The translations under genes and the position numbers were made by a program. The notes beneath the pieces were generated by a model. That model ran no database searches. It worked only from the letters and a program-made list of their open reading frames with translations, and was not told the origin of the DNA. From Lama guanicoe (Eukaryota), in assembly GCA_013239625.1 (NCBI GenBank), contig MU053482.1, forward strand, positions 1,711,168 to 1,775,167: a stretch of DNA of 64,000 nucleotides. Reading direction: 5' to 3'. Shown in pieces: positions 1 through 12,587 of the stretch (positions are counted from its first letter, which is position 1; each line of letters opens with the position of its first letter).

Positions 1-3000
1 GTAAAAGGGGTGCCCCACTGCAAGGGTCCACTATGTTCTTGCCTACCCAGATGCACATGCCTGTGGCTGGTAGGCACAGAACCTCTGGACCTGCCTGGTA
101 ACACAGCCTGCTCTCAACGGGACCTGATTCCAGGCACTGATAGAAAATAATTCTGACAGAGCTCTTCTATGAGTCTGTCCAGACAGCATCCAAAATGGAA
201 ACCAGCTGAAACCGCCTGAGGCTTGTTAAAAGCAGGTCTTTCTGCAAACAAGCACCTGTCACTGGCCTGGGGATTCAAGGTTTCTCTTAAGAATTGTTGT
301 CTGTAATCTCAGCTCCTTTGGGGCTTCAGGGCTTCCTAGGTAGGATTTGTGGGTGTCCCCCCACCGATACACACACGTGCACCCATGGTTTTCTGCAGAC
401 ATGTGTAGTCACACCTCAGAGTCTCATAGACAGGAGAGGACTGTCACCCTGCACAGGCATCCTGGCGTGGGGGCACAAGTAGTTCCTGGAGCATTGTGGC
501 TTTCTTGACACATGTGGGCTCAGGACTTCTGAAAGACAGCACAACCACACAAAGTTTCCTTAACCTTTTCTAACCATCCAGCAGAAGTACCTGGGCAGCG
601 CCTGTGGGCGGAGAGGCCTCACATGCTGTGGAAGTACCTGAATGGGGGTGCTGATGGCAGGGTGGGGAGCACAAACTTAGGAGAAGGAAGGGGGCAGCGC
701 TTGGGGCCGTGGACATGATGGTGTGTTTAGGATCTGGCTGGGGGCCAGGCCAGGTCATGATTCAAGGAAGCCTCTCCCAGGAGGCAAGGACCAAGGCAAC
801 TTGTAGAGTGAGCACACAGGTTTCAGAGAAGGCCTGCCTCAAAGTGGGGAGGCTTAACCTGCCTCTGGGAAAGGGGGCCCTGGAAAATGGCTCTGTCCTC
901 CAGCAAGTGCCCAGGCCTGGCCACTCCAGCCCCTCATTCCTTCCTTGGGCCCACACACTCCACCTGGAGCACCGAGTCCTGCCACCCTGAAGCCTAGCCC
1001 CAAGCAATAGCTTGGCACTCTTGCGGCTCTACCCTGTTCACTGTCCCATTGCTCTGCCACCCCTGCCTTCTTGGTCTGGGGCAGGGAGGGTATAGCAGGG
1101 GGCAGGCTGTAGTCAGAAGTTGCCAGACTCTCTCCTGCATTCCTGGGGTTTTTCTGAGCCTGGGAAAGTGCTGGACTTGGGTGTAGACTTCCAGAAGAGG
1201 AAGATTTGGCTGAGAGGAGGAGCTGCAAATTGCCTCTTGCACTAACGAGGCTGCTGATTGCAGTCAAAGCCACATGCCTGCTTGATCACCGAGAAAACTG
1301 GGGCAGGAGACGGCAAGGCAGTGCACTTACAGATGAGAGGATGAGCGCGTGCGCACGTGGCTGTGGTGTGGGGTTCCCTCATGTCACAGCATGTCAGAAC
1401 TGGAATGTGTCATGTGGTTTGGGGACGAGAGGTCAGTCGATACCTTGTTAGCTCTCCTGATGGAGGTTCTGCTCCCTCTGCAGTGGTTGCACCTGCGTTC
1501 TCTGGGCCTGGCTCCTTTTCTTTGAAGCAGTGATGGTGATAATCTTCTTACGGATAATTGTGACTCAGTTTATAATCATGGATTAATCTCACCTTCTGAC
1601 TTAGAAGGGAACCATTTAGTTTATAAAGTGTAACAATTAGAATAACTTTGCCTTTTTTCTGTTATTATTACTGATCATTTCTATTTCTGCCATTCTTATC
1701 ACCTGTGTTCTTGAGGCACAGTAACTGATTCTGGTTCATGACTTGATAACGTTTTATGAGTTGTAGGTGGGGTGCAGAGAGTCAGGTGTATTGAGGGTGG
1801 GAGTGATGGCCGGCCCTGTCCTGGGTGCTCGGTCTGCATGGTCCTGCGACCATTGCCTGGTGTCTCCCTCACCGGGCAGTGAACTCCTGGAGAGCAGGAG
1901 AGTGCCTGGCGTGACCCAGCATAGACAGGATGCCCACTGCTTTGAATCAGAGTGGCATCCCCAGGTAGCTTTTAGGACTACTGGCTTTCCTGGCCCCACA
2001 CCCGAGGAATGCAGTACTCTGCCCTCACAGTGGGGCTTCAGGGGTGCTGCTGGAAAAGCAGGGCTCTCAGAGAATGAGAATCTCAGGCAGGAAGGGCCCT
2101 CCCAGGCTGTCCAGTCCCCTGTGTGGCTCTGAGGCTCCTGGAGCCTCCCTGCAAACGGCCTTCTATTAGATGGCCAAGACCATTAGAAAATTCTCCCTTG
2201 GGGTGAGCCCAAGCCTGTCTCTGGGTTTCCCCTCTTCTTGGTTCTTGCAAGATTCTCAACATACTTCTCTGCTTACGGGGACGCAGAATGATTACTGATT
2301 AAGTAAGACCCCCGACTCTCTCATTTCTGCTGCTGCAGGGAGCCTCAGCGGTGCTGGGCCTCTGGCCCACGCCTCACCTCCGGCAAAGGAAGGAGGAGCA
2401 GGACCTCTGCTCCCAGTTCCACAGGGACTCTCTCTTCACCCCCACCCCCCCAGCTCGAGCGTCCTTGGGAAATCTTGCTGCTGCCTGGGGTAGAGGGAGC
2501 AGGACACTCAAGGTTGATAGCAGTGGTTCAGGGAGCAGGGATGTTGTGGATGCCCTCCTCCCGCATGGGTCCTGGCGCTGCATGCAGGGGCCTCGGTGTG
2601 GCCTGTCCAGCCCTGAGCAGAGCGAGGCCGTTATTTCCTTGGTCCTGTCGCTGCCCTCCCTGTCCTGTCAGCTGGCTTTGAGACTGACCGGTCACCTTGA
2701 GGCCTCTGTAAACAAAATTGCAGCCTTTCATCAGGCTGGTGTCAAGCCCCATCTCCTCTGTTGTGCCTGTGTGGGGAGGCCTGGGTTTGGCGGCCCGCCT
2801 GTAAGACTTGACCACCTCCTTTTAGGTTTCCAGGGTCTTCTGAATGCATACTGTCTTAGTGAACAGTCAGTGTCTCTTCTACCCTGAAACCTGTAAGTCT
2901 GCTGAGAGGCCTGCCTTGTGTCAGGTCATCAGTAAGCTTGCTAACCAAGTGAAGCGTGATGCTAGAAACTGTCCTTGACAATGGCATGATGCATTGTTGC

Positions 3001-6000
3001 CAAAGCCTTCCACTGTCTAACCGGCCTCACACACCACTTCCATGGCTCCTGCCCACAGGGTATCATCACCGGGCCCAGTATTTCTCGGGGAAGCCTGGCT
3101 GTGCTGTGCTCCTGTCTTTCTGATCGGCCTGTGCAAGTGTGCCCTGACCTGCTGGCACCCCTGGCCTTGCTCCAGTGGTCACGTCCCTTCTGGCTATTCA
3201 GCTGACCCCTCCACAGTCTTACCTGGGGCTGCGTTAGACACACTCATCTGCACACACTCTAATTTCTTTCCCTATCTGAGCAGAAGGCTGTATTTGCATA
3301 CTTCCAGCTTTGTAGCAGCTCCTCAATTACTTTTTTGTTCTTTAGCCATCACCAGCTGTAGCTCCTGGTGTCCATTTGCATAGCTGAGCATTAGAATCAC
3401 CTTTGTCACTTGCTTTAGAAAAAAAGAGTGTGACGTGGAAGGTTGATTCTGGGGCATCTTCCCCAGCAGTTCAGAGTTATCAAGTCAGCACCTGGTAAGT
3501 TTGGGAGCCAGTGGCTCCCAGTGGAAGGGAGACACCTCATCCTGGGAGGCTGGAGCTCTTGTGAGCAGTGTGGTCCTCTCCCTTCTGGAGCTGCCCCCTA
3601 CCTCCACCACTGTGTTTCCACGATGTTCCAAGTAGCCACTAGGCAACAGAAGCCACAGATCTGGACATGTTGGGGGGTCTGGCACTGGGCATGGAGTTCG
3701 CAGCCAGCCACCCTGGGTCATATTTCCTCCCCTGACAGCCCACTTCCCTGATTGCCTGAGTCCAGCAGGGGCGGCTTCCACCATGACCAAGGGCAAGGAA
3801 TGAGGGCAGAAGGCAGTGAGCGGGCATAGAGAGTGGGTCTGCCCCAAGGTTGGCCTCGCCCACAGGCCTCTGGTCAACTCTGGTGGGTTAGGTGGGGCGT
3901 GGACGGTGGGGTCTAAGAAGAGAGGGGGACCTGGCTTTTCCAGCCCATGGGAGAAGTGTCCCAGACTCATTTGTCATCACACGTGGTTCACTCCAGATAT
4001 CTATTCAGTGCCTCTGAAGAATCAAGGGAATGTGGAGAGGCTGTCTTCCAGGGAGGAGAGGGGCCATGTGGTTGGCCTTGGACAGAGCAGATGGATGGGT
4101 GGACATAGCAGACTGGGTTTCTCTGGCCTTCACGAGCCTGTGGCCAGTGCTTTCCTGGGCCTCCCTAGTCCGGCCCCTCAACGAGGCGACCGTCCTGAAG
4201 GAGCCGCCCGGGGCAGCTGGAGGACCCATCATCAGGGCCCTGTCTCCTGCCCGAGTTTCCTGGCAGGGCTGCAGCTGGCAGCCTGGCCTTGGCAGTGATT
4301 CCATAATTGGAGTCCGAGTCATTAAAAAGCCATTACTGTCTCCTCTCGTGGTTATCGGTTAGTGCTGTCTATAACAGTGCCCATCGGAAGGCGGCAGGCC
4401 AGGGAGAGTCTTGAGGAGGGAAGGTGCCCAGGAAAGGTGCCACAGTGGGAGATGAGAAGGCAGGTCTGGGCGGTCTGGTAAGGGAGGAGGGGACGAAGAG
4501 GGGATGGGGCCTGCTGAGGAGGTGAGAGGAGCTTTGGTTCTGCTCTCCCTGGAGACAGCCGTCATTCTTGTCATTGTTCAGCTATGTGCAGGGGAGTCTT
4601 TTGTTATTCACCAGGGACAGCTGTTATGTGTTCCAGATACATTGTTGTCAGGCAGAAACACCGCCCAGTACAAGCTTGCCCTGGCTGGGGAATTGCAGTC
4701 CACTTGGCACCTTTGCGGCTGTACCAGGAGCCTGCTTTCCTGCACGTGGCACTGCTGCCCACTCCTGGAGCCTCCTCGTTTCACTGGATTTATTGCCGGC
4801 CCTCCTGGATGGGTCTTGCTCAGCCAGGCGTGTTCTTACTCACCAGGCACATGTTGCTTCTCCCCAGCTGCCCGCCAACCCCTGCCCTGCACACTCCCTT
4901 CTTCTGAGGCTCCAGCGTGCCTGGTGCCGAGGGAGGTGGTGGGCGGCTCTCCAGGCACTCCTTGGGTATCTGAGTTTCTGGAATCTCAGAAGCCTTGCCC
5001 TTGTGTCCATCTTTCTTAGAAGGCTGGTGGTTAAGTCCATTCTAGCTATGATCACATCTAGTGACCGGTGTTACTAAAGCCTGCAGCTCTTTGTCATTCT
5101 CCCCTACTGGGGAATGGAGGTGGGGACGGAGGAGAGGAAGTGATGCTTTTATGGCACTGTGGAAAGTCCATGGCCGGAGGACAGTGGTCTGTGGTGGGAA
5201 GACACCCCTCTGCACGGATGAGGATGTGAATGGGGCTCTAGGCAGGGAGGCCACCGTGGCTGGACCACCTTTTGTCAGTCGAGCAGCCACTGTGACCAGC
5301 AGTTCGGAGGTGGCGTTGCTAATGGGAGCTTACCTCTCAGCAGGATGTCCCCCTTTTATATTAGGTGTCAGTACCTTTGTGGTGTCAGCACCATGGAAGT
5401 TGTCATCTTTGCTCTGCTCAGCGAGGTCTGGGGCCGGGGGTGACCCAGATGACAGCCTTGGCCCTGCCCTGGGAGAACATGATGGCTCACATCATCCCAG
5501 GGTCCAGGAACCGGCCTCTCCTGGCAGGAAGGGGAGCCAGCACTGCCTGGTGGAGATGACACTGGCTCCTGTGGCCAGGACACCAGCACATGTCTGAGAT
5601 GGCAGGCCGCCTTGTGTGTGCCCAGGAACAGAGCTTGGCAAGCAGGACACAGTTGGATTTCAGTCCCCACTGCCCCTCTCAGCCAGGTGGCATACAGAGC
5701 CAAACTGCAGATGTCACCCATACCCTGGAAGCCACAGGCCGCGGTGGACAGGGATGTTTGCACACTGACCCTCTGGAGCTGCTTTGCCCTTTCGTTACCC
5801 AGTCGGGCCGCCAGCCGACGGTGGAGAGGGAGGTGGGGGAAGCCTCTCGGACCTGGCAGGGCTCCCAGGCATCTTGCTCACCCTGGTGCCGTCACCCTTT
5901 GTCCAAAACTCGTGCTGCCCACCCCACTCCTCCACCCCCCAGTCTGTGGCGCGTGCCTTCTGTGATGGGACACTCACCATCCCAGCCATCTGGGATTTTT

Positions 6001-7700
6001 CAGAGCTGTTCCCAGTCCTCTGGGCCTGGCGATGCCCTCAGGTAGGCCCATGTGCACTCTTAGACAGGGGGACTATTTTAGGTAAACTGAGGCCTTGACT
6101 TAGAAGCATGTCTGCTGAGGAGTATTTTCTCCTGTGCTCTGGCAGCTGAGGTTTTGGTGAAGGAGGCAGTTCTGTGCATGGTCCCAGGTCCCCACTGGGG
6201 CTCCTCTTGAGTGCAGAGCAGCCTGTAGGCATCAGGAAGATCCTTCCAAAATGTCAAGTAGGTAGGACAGCTGCTAGTTCAAAATATGCAGAGTCTCTCT
6301 AGGTTGTGGCTAGAGAGGTGGGTGTAGCCAGAGGTGGGTGGTGGGCTGTCTGCAGTCCATGGACTTCCTGCCACCCTCTTGCTGGCTCCCCCAGCACAAG
6401 TAGTTTGCATGAGCTGAAAGGACATTTCAGATCAATGATTGTTCCAGCTAGAAAGGGCTGCTGTAGTCAGGAGGAGGTGGAAGTGCCCCACCTTGTCTTC
6501 AGGGTGCTGTGACGTCAGCTTTCCCCCTGACGTGTGTGCTGTACTCACCTGCACGCACGGGCACACTGCTTCTTACACAGGTGTCTGCATGCATATATAT
6601 CCAGGTGTGCTTACACACGTAGATGCACTCAGACATTTGGACATCTCCTGGTGTGTGTACATGCATGAGATACACCTACAGCCTCACACGCAAACCCAAC
6701 ACACTTGGGCATACCTGTGCAGCCACCCCTACAAGGTCTGGTTCAGGGCAGGCTCCAGAATAACTGGGACAGAGCAGCCTGGAGGTTCCCAGAGCACAGA
6801 TCCTCAGGCTCCAACCCCATCCCATGCAGCTGTCCTGACCTTGGCTTTGATAAGATTTGGGCATAGGTCTCACGCATGCATCTTAGACTAGAAAGCAAGC
6901 TAGGTGGTGGGAGCTCCCTCTCATGCTCTGCCATCCTGGGAGGTGGGGCTGGTCCGTATGAGACGATGCTGCCCATCCCAAGACCTTAGTTAGGGACTCA
7001 GGATTTGACGCCCTGCAACCACCTGCGCTGCATCTGTGGCCAGGGAAGGGCCTAGAGGCAAGTTGCCGGGCTGTGCATTGATGTGCTGTGTCTGCCCTAC
7101 ACCCAAACCTGCTCTGTCCTGAGGGGATGGTCGGTGTCTTCACCCTCCCAAATGAGGGGACTCTCAGTCCTCTATATGTGGGGAAGGGGGGCAGTGTCAG
7201 CACCTCTACTTTACCACCTGGAGAGCCAGGAGTTTGCCTTAAACAGATGGGGAGAGAGTCTGTCCTGGAAGACCCACGCTCCTCCAGAAAGGATGGAAAG
7301 ACAGAGGGAGGGGCGGAGCTGGAGGGGCAGGCCCTTGGGTCTGAAGCCTGGCCTTGGGCCTGGCTTGTTCCTGATGCCTCTGGATGTCAGTCAGGCCTGG
7401 CCCTGCTCACGGGCCCAAGGGGAATGTGTCCTCCTGTATTTACCGGGCATGGCAGACTGGGAAGTCATTGGGGCAGCAGGGATCCCAGCAGGTGATAAAT
7501 CCCCAAAGAGGCAGAAAGATGGCTCATGCCTTTACATCTTGAGCTGGTTCTCAGATAGTAGCTTCACCCTTCCTCCCTCTCCCACATGCCCAGGGGCCAT
7601 GATAGGAGGGGCTCAAAGAACCCAGACGTGCTGGGCGTGGGCTCTGGGCTGTCCTGGCTCCTCGTGGCCAGGCCCTGAATACCCCTCTCTCCACCTGCAG

Positions 7701-7752
7701 TGTCTTAGATGATGAGGGCAGCAACCTGAGGCAGCAGAAGCTTGACCGGCAG
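7701..7752 (+). CDS. TUB: Tubby protein, coding exon 2 (first coding exon lies upstream of the window)
   Basis: ctgcag| ... |gtgagt; 52 nt; encodes (S)VLDDEGSNLRQQKLDRQ, matching the tubby N-terminus; absent from the ORF track. Confidence 0.95.
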
Positions 7753-8216
7753 GTGAGTGAGGCTGGAGCCAGGTGGAAGGGTGGATTCACCATCCTGGCC
7801 TGAGTCTGAGCTGGAATGTCCAATGGCTGGGGGAAGGGCTGGCCCCCTTCCTAGGGTGATCCTGTCTAGTGGGGAGAGGGGGCCCTCCCAGGAGACTAGC
7901 AAGCTCTCTCCTTTACCAGCTCAGCATTAGCACTGCCCCAGCATGCAGGGCTTCTGCCGGCAGGCAGCTCGGGTGACTGCAGTCTGTGCTGTGATCCTGC
8001 CAGGGCAGCTACCTGGCCTGATTTTTGCCTGTTTTCCCTGTACCCCAAGTCTCGGGGCACCAAGAACATGAGGCCACAGTGGACCCCACTGTGACCTCTA
8101 GAACCGAGCTGAGTGAGCAGGGCCCCCTTCAGTCCCAGTCTGGGCGACTTCCCTCGGGCGAGGCAGTAGCCCTCTTGGGGCCTCCCAACTCCTGTGCCTG
8201 TCTGGTGCCTCTGTAG

Positions 8217-8379
8217 CGGGCTCTGCTGGAGCAGAAGCAGAAGAAGAAGCGCCAGGAGCCCCTGATGGTGCAGGCCAACGCCGACGGGCGGCCCCGGAGC
8301 CGGCGGGCCCGGCAGTCGGAGGAGCAGGCCCCTCTGGTGGAGTCCTACCTCAACAGCAGTGGCAGCGCCAGCTACCAAG
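8217..8379 (+). CDS. TUB: Tubby protein, coding exon 3 (contains basic KKKR NLS-like motif)
   Basis: ctgtag| ... |gtaccc; 163 nt; [54 protein letters not shown]. Confidence 0.96.
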
Positions 8380-9759
8380 GTACCCCTGCCCTCGGGGCGC
8401 CAGCCTGGGGTGGCCCCTGTGCCACAGCTTTAGACCCGGGCACTGCTTGGGGGGCCCCTGAGGGACTTGCTGCTGACCTGGACAGGTGAGAGGCTCGTGC
8501 CGTCGGGGTGCCCAGGCGGAGTATGGCACCCAGCCCAGGTGGCAACTGAGTGGGGCAGGCAGAGGGAGGCTGGGACTTGGAGCCGTGGGCTCCCGAGTCA
8601 GGTGCAGGGGCCAGAAGGTACAACTTTATGGATCTAGGAGTCCAAAAGCACAGGTTTCTGATCTGGAACACCTCACTGAGAGCCAGAGGCAACGCCTAGG
8701 AGTGGAATAGTCTGCTCCCCGCCAGCATTCTGCCTCCTGAGAGGGACCCATCACCCTGCCCGCCCAGTGCCTCTGGTGACAGACACCTGTTGCCTCCCCT
8801 CCCTGGGCTCCCCGCGCCCTCAGTGTGCCTGGTTCTAGCCTGCAGGTCCCTGCATGTAGCCGTGGTGACCAGCAGCCTCCAGCTCCCATCTTTGTCCACT
8901 CTGGTTCTCAGCAGAGTCCCCTGGGCATGGACTTCTCAGCGCTCATCCTGGGGGTGGGGAGGGTGGGTGGCTCCACTGCCTCCCTGTGCTCAGGACCCTC
9001 TTTGTTGCTTAGTACGTCAGGCTGGGTAGACGGTTGGTCTCTGTGAGCCTGAAAGAAGGACTCAGACTCAGTCCCCACTGCCCCCTGCTGGTGCTGGTAA
9101 TCACCATGTCTTCTGTGTCAACTATTGACTATAAGAAGGTTGCAGGCATCTGGCTTCTGCAGTTGGAAGGAATCTTAGCCACCATGGTGCTCTCCTCCTT
9201 CTCCTGCTTGTTTGGGACCTGCAGCCTCCAGCCACTTCAGACAGCTGGCAGTGGCCTCCCCTCGGGGCTCCTTCCCAGTGATGCCCCTGCATGTGCTTCA
9301 GTTCAGCACCTGTGGCAAGAGCCCTTCAGAGGAAGGAACGTGGAACTCGCCTCCGCATGGAACTGGCCCCCTGGCCCGCCCTCACCGGCAGCCTTCTCAT
9401 GGTCCTCTGTGAGCACCATCCCAAGGGTGGTGGCAGCACCTTGCTGAGAAGGCCCCACTGTTCTGGGTCCTGTAAAACCTGATCTGCATCTGGTGGAGCC
9501 TTGCATCAGTGCGCCTTCCCTGCCCTGCCCAGCTTGGCCATCTGAGGCTGCACATGGGAGGGGAGCCAGCTCCTGGGACTCGGGGCCCTGCCACTTTGTG
9601 CCAGAGCGGGCATCTGGAGGCTTTGACAGAGTCCGGCAGGTCACAGCTGTACAGTCGTTTTGGTGGGTGTTTCTTGTGCACCGACTGTGCCAGGCTGGGC
9701 CAGATCCCCAGAAAGATCGTGGCCCCCCTGATAGAGTGCACAGCCCAAGTCAGAAGACA

Positions 9760-9900
9760 GAGCTTCTGGTCACCTGCTTGCTTGTAACTATAAGCAAGTC
9801 ACTTACCCTCTCTGGATCTGCTTCCTCCTCTGTAAAGTGAAGAAAATTCTCTTATGGCTTTGAAAGTTGAAGCAGCCATGGTGCGTTCCAAGGTCTAATC
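9760..9900 (+). mobile_element. MIR SINE fragment
   Basis: gcaagtcacttaccctctctggatctgcttcctcctctgtaaagtga resembles the MIR core. Confidence 0.7.
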
Positions 9901-10234
9901 CGCTGAATGCTGTTCCCTGTTCCCTGTTGAGACTCCAGACCAGGCTGGGAGCAGGCAGCTTCTCCGGGCCCAGTGTTCCCCAGCTCTGAGGAGGCCGCTT
10001 CCGGGGCTGGCTGACCTGGGACTTGGTTTCCTAGGAGCCCGGCCCCGCTCCGCTCTGCCCCCACTGCCCTGCAGCCTCAGCTGCCTCCTGCTCTGCCGTC
10101 TGCTGGCTCTTAGTGTTAACTACAAGGGGATCATTCCCAGGGGAGGATGAGGGAGTCTGACCTAAATCAGAACCCACAGTTTATCCCAGTAGAGTTTTGA
10201 TCTACTGGCCGTGCTTGTATGTATGCGTCTGTTT

Positions 10235-10730
10235 CCTAAATATTTATTGAGAGCCTCCTTGTGTCAGGCTCTGGATTAGAGTCTGGGGCTCCACAAATGG
10301 GTGAGCACAGATGGGTGTGTTTTCTTATGAACTTAAGGTCTAGGAGGGGAGCGAGAATTAAACAGGTTGTCCTAGGTGTGCTTTATGGAAAGGAGCCAGG
10401 CTCAGTGAGTGAATGGCAGAGAGTCTGCTCCCAGACTAGCGGCTTCCCTGAGGAGTGAGGTCTGCGCTGGAATCTGCAGGAGTGGGAGTTAGGGGGCGGC
10501 AGTCAGGAGGGCCGTCCAGGCGGTGGGACAGTCAGAGCAAGGCTGTGGCAGAAGGGAGTCCAGATTGTCTGAGGCACTGAAAGAGCCTGGTACGGCTGGG
10601 ACTTGGGGTGCCCGAGGTGAGTGTGCAGCTAGGCCTAGGGGAAGGGAGATGGAGGAGCCAGACTTGCAGAACGTTGGACGTCCTCTTAAGAGCAGTGAGA
10701 AAGCACTCAAGGACTTTGAGCAGAGTGGGG
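10235..10730 (-). mobile_element. L2 LINE 3' fragment
   Basis: aaatatttattgagagcctccttgtgtcaggctct resembles the reverse complement of the L2 3' end; purine-rich continuation. Confidence 0.6.
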
Positions 10731-11202
10731 GTCTGATGCTTGCAGGGTGCGTAGACACCCAGCTGTGGCCCTCCCAAGACCTCTCTGCTGGTGTGCAGCT
10801 CCTTGTGTGGGTTATTCTGCTCCAGGGGCTGTCCTATGAGGCAGTTCGGCTCCCTGGAGTGCTTGCCCTCGTTCAGGTCTCTTCCAGGGGATGTAGCCTT
10901 TTCTGTCTGCATCCACCATCTTCGATGATGCATGTTTTGGCAGACACTCTCCCTCGCCCTGCCCGGGCTCAAACATTTGCTGACCCAGAGCACTGACCGC
11001 TCTGCTCCTAGGTTGGTTGGCGCAAGCCAGGCTGTTGACTGTACCCTGGCGGGGGGCGGGTGCTGCCTCCTTTGAGCTCATCCTGCCCTGTGTGCCTCTG
11101 CCTATTAGAGATGTTGGTACAGAGGCCCTGGTGGGGCTTGGGAAATGGTGGGGGAGCTGGGAAGTGTTGTGCTGGAGCTCTGGTCTCACCTTGTGCCCAT
11201 TT

Positions 11203-11229
<27 letters not shown>
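11203..11229 (+). repeat. (TC)n microsatellite in the TUB exon 4 polypyrimidine tract
   Basis: About 13 TC units followed by tgtc units, ending 28 nt before the exon. Confidence 0.9.
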
Positions 11230-11233
<4 letters not shown>

Positions 11234-11256
11234 GTCTCGGGCTCTCTCCTGAGCAG

Positions 11257-11397
11257 TTCAAGAGGCCGACTCGCTTGCCGGTGTGCCACTGGGAGCCGCC
11301 CGCCCCACAGCACCAGCCTCAGCCAAGAGGACCAAGGCAGCTGCAGCGGGGGGCCAGGGCGGGGCCTCTAGGAAGGAGAAGAAGGGGAAGCACAAAG
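11257..11397 (+). CDS. TUB: Tubby protein, coding exon 4
   Basis: gagcag| ... |gttggc; 141 nt, phase 1-1; [47 protein letters not shown]. Confidence 0.93.
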
Positions 11398-12587
11398 GTT
11401 GGCTTGCCCTCACTGCCGCCCTCCGCAGGAGGCCTGGTCCCGGCTGTGGGGTTGGCGGGAGGCTTATCCTCCAGACCCGGGCACGAGGGACCGGGTGGAA
11501 GGCCTTGGTGAGGGCACAGGATGGCACTCAGGTCCCCCGCCCAGCCAGCTCACAGGCTGCCTCTAGCTCATGCGGCACCCGGGCCAGCCTCCTGTGCTGC
11601 CAGGAAGTGAAGTTCAGTTCAGCTTTGGCCCAGGAAGCCCCTCCCACCTGGCCTGAGCGCCTCTACCTCCATCCTGACCAGGACACTCCCTTCAGTGGGG
11701 CTCACTGGCTCCCAGGCTGCCGTCCCATCCTTGGGCATCCTCCACTCTCTCCTCTAGTCCCAATCCCTCTCTCTGGGCTCACAGACCAGTCTGTTCCCTC
11801 TGCTCTTCTCCCTCCAGAGAAGATCCCTGGAGATCAAGGCCAGTTTCAGTGGCCCCGGCCTGAGTCCTGTGTCTGCTGGCTAGACCCCTGTCTCTTCAAC
11901 CCTTGTCTGTGGGAGTGACTTCCAGGCCTCTAGGTCCTGGTCGGATAGTGGCGCGTCAGGGTCCGTAGGTTTCTGGAGCTGACCACAGCATTTTGGGCAG
12001 AGCCCAGATGTGTGGGCCAGGCCTTGCTTCTGGTACTGAGGTTGTGGCATCTTGGGCAGGAATGTTGATGGGGAATGGAAGGCCCTCCATTTGAGATGGC
12101 GAGTGTATGCGACCTCGGTCTTTCTCGAGGGGCCCCATGTGTTTAGTGACGTGTGTGAGTCTGTATGCGCATCAGCAAGAGAGAGAGGACGTCAGCATTG
12201 ACGATGTGGAGCTGGCCACATCTGTGTCGAGTGGTGGCCTCACTGTGTCTGCATCCAGCTTTGTTTTCCCTCTCATGCTTCTCACTGTGTGGCTGGTTTT
12301 GTAGCTGGCTGCTGTCTGCCTAGGGATGTGGGGCATCTCAGTGCAACCCTTGGCAGCCAGTCTGGGGGAACAGCAGAAGAAACGAAGCCCACGTCCCTTC
12401 CTAGCTCACTGGTGGTAAAGAGGCTGACAGCAGTCATTCGGTTTTTAAAATTCAGTTTTGCAAATAAAGTTTTCAGAGGGTCCCTGCATTCATCCCTCAA
12501 CCTCTTCCTGGACATCTGAGAATCCAGGCTCTTCCTGCCCTCCACCCCCCAACCCCGATGAGACTCAGGAATGTCCATGGCCTGCAG

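Noticed and set aside
6530..6720. CA/TG-rich low-complexity stretch (similar one at 13625-13710)
   Set aside because: Degenerate dinucleotide microsatellite-like sequence with no higher-order structure evident
1..7700. TUB first coding exon (MTSKPHSDWIPY-like) and promoter
   Set aside because: I found neither the peptide nor a CpG island here; they presumably lie upstream of the window
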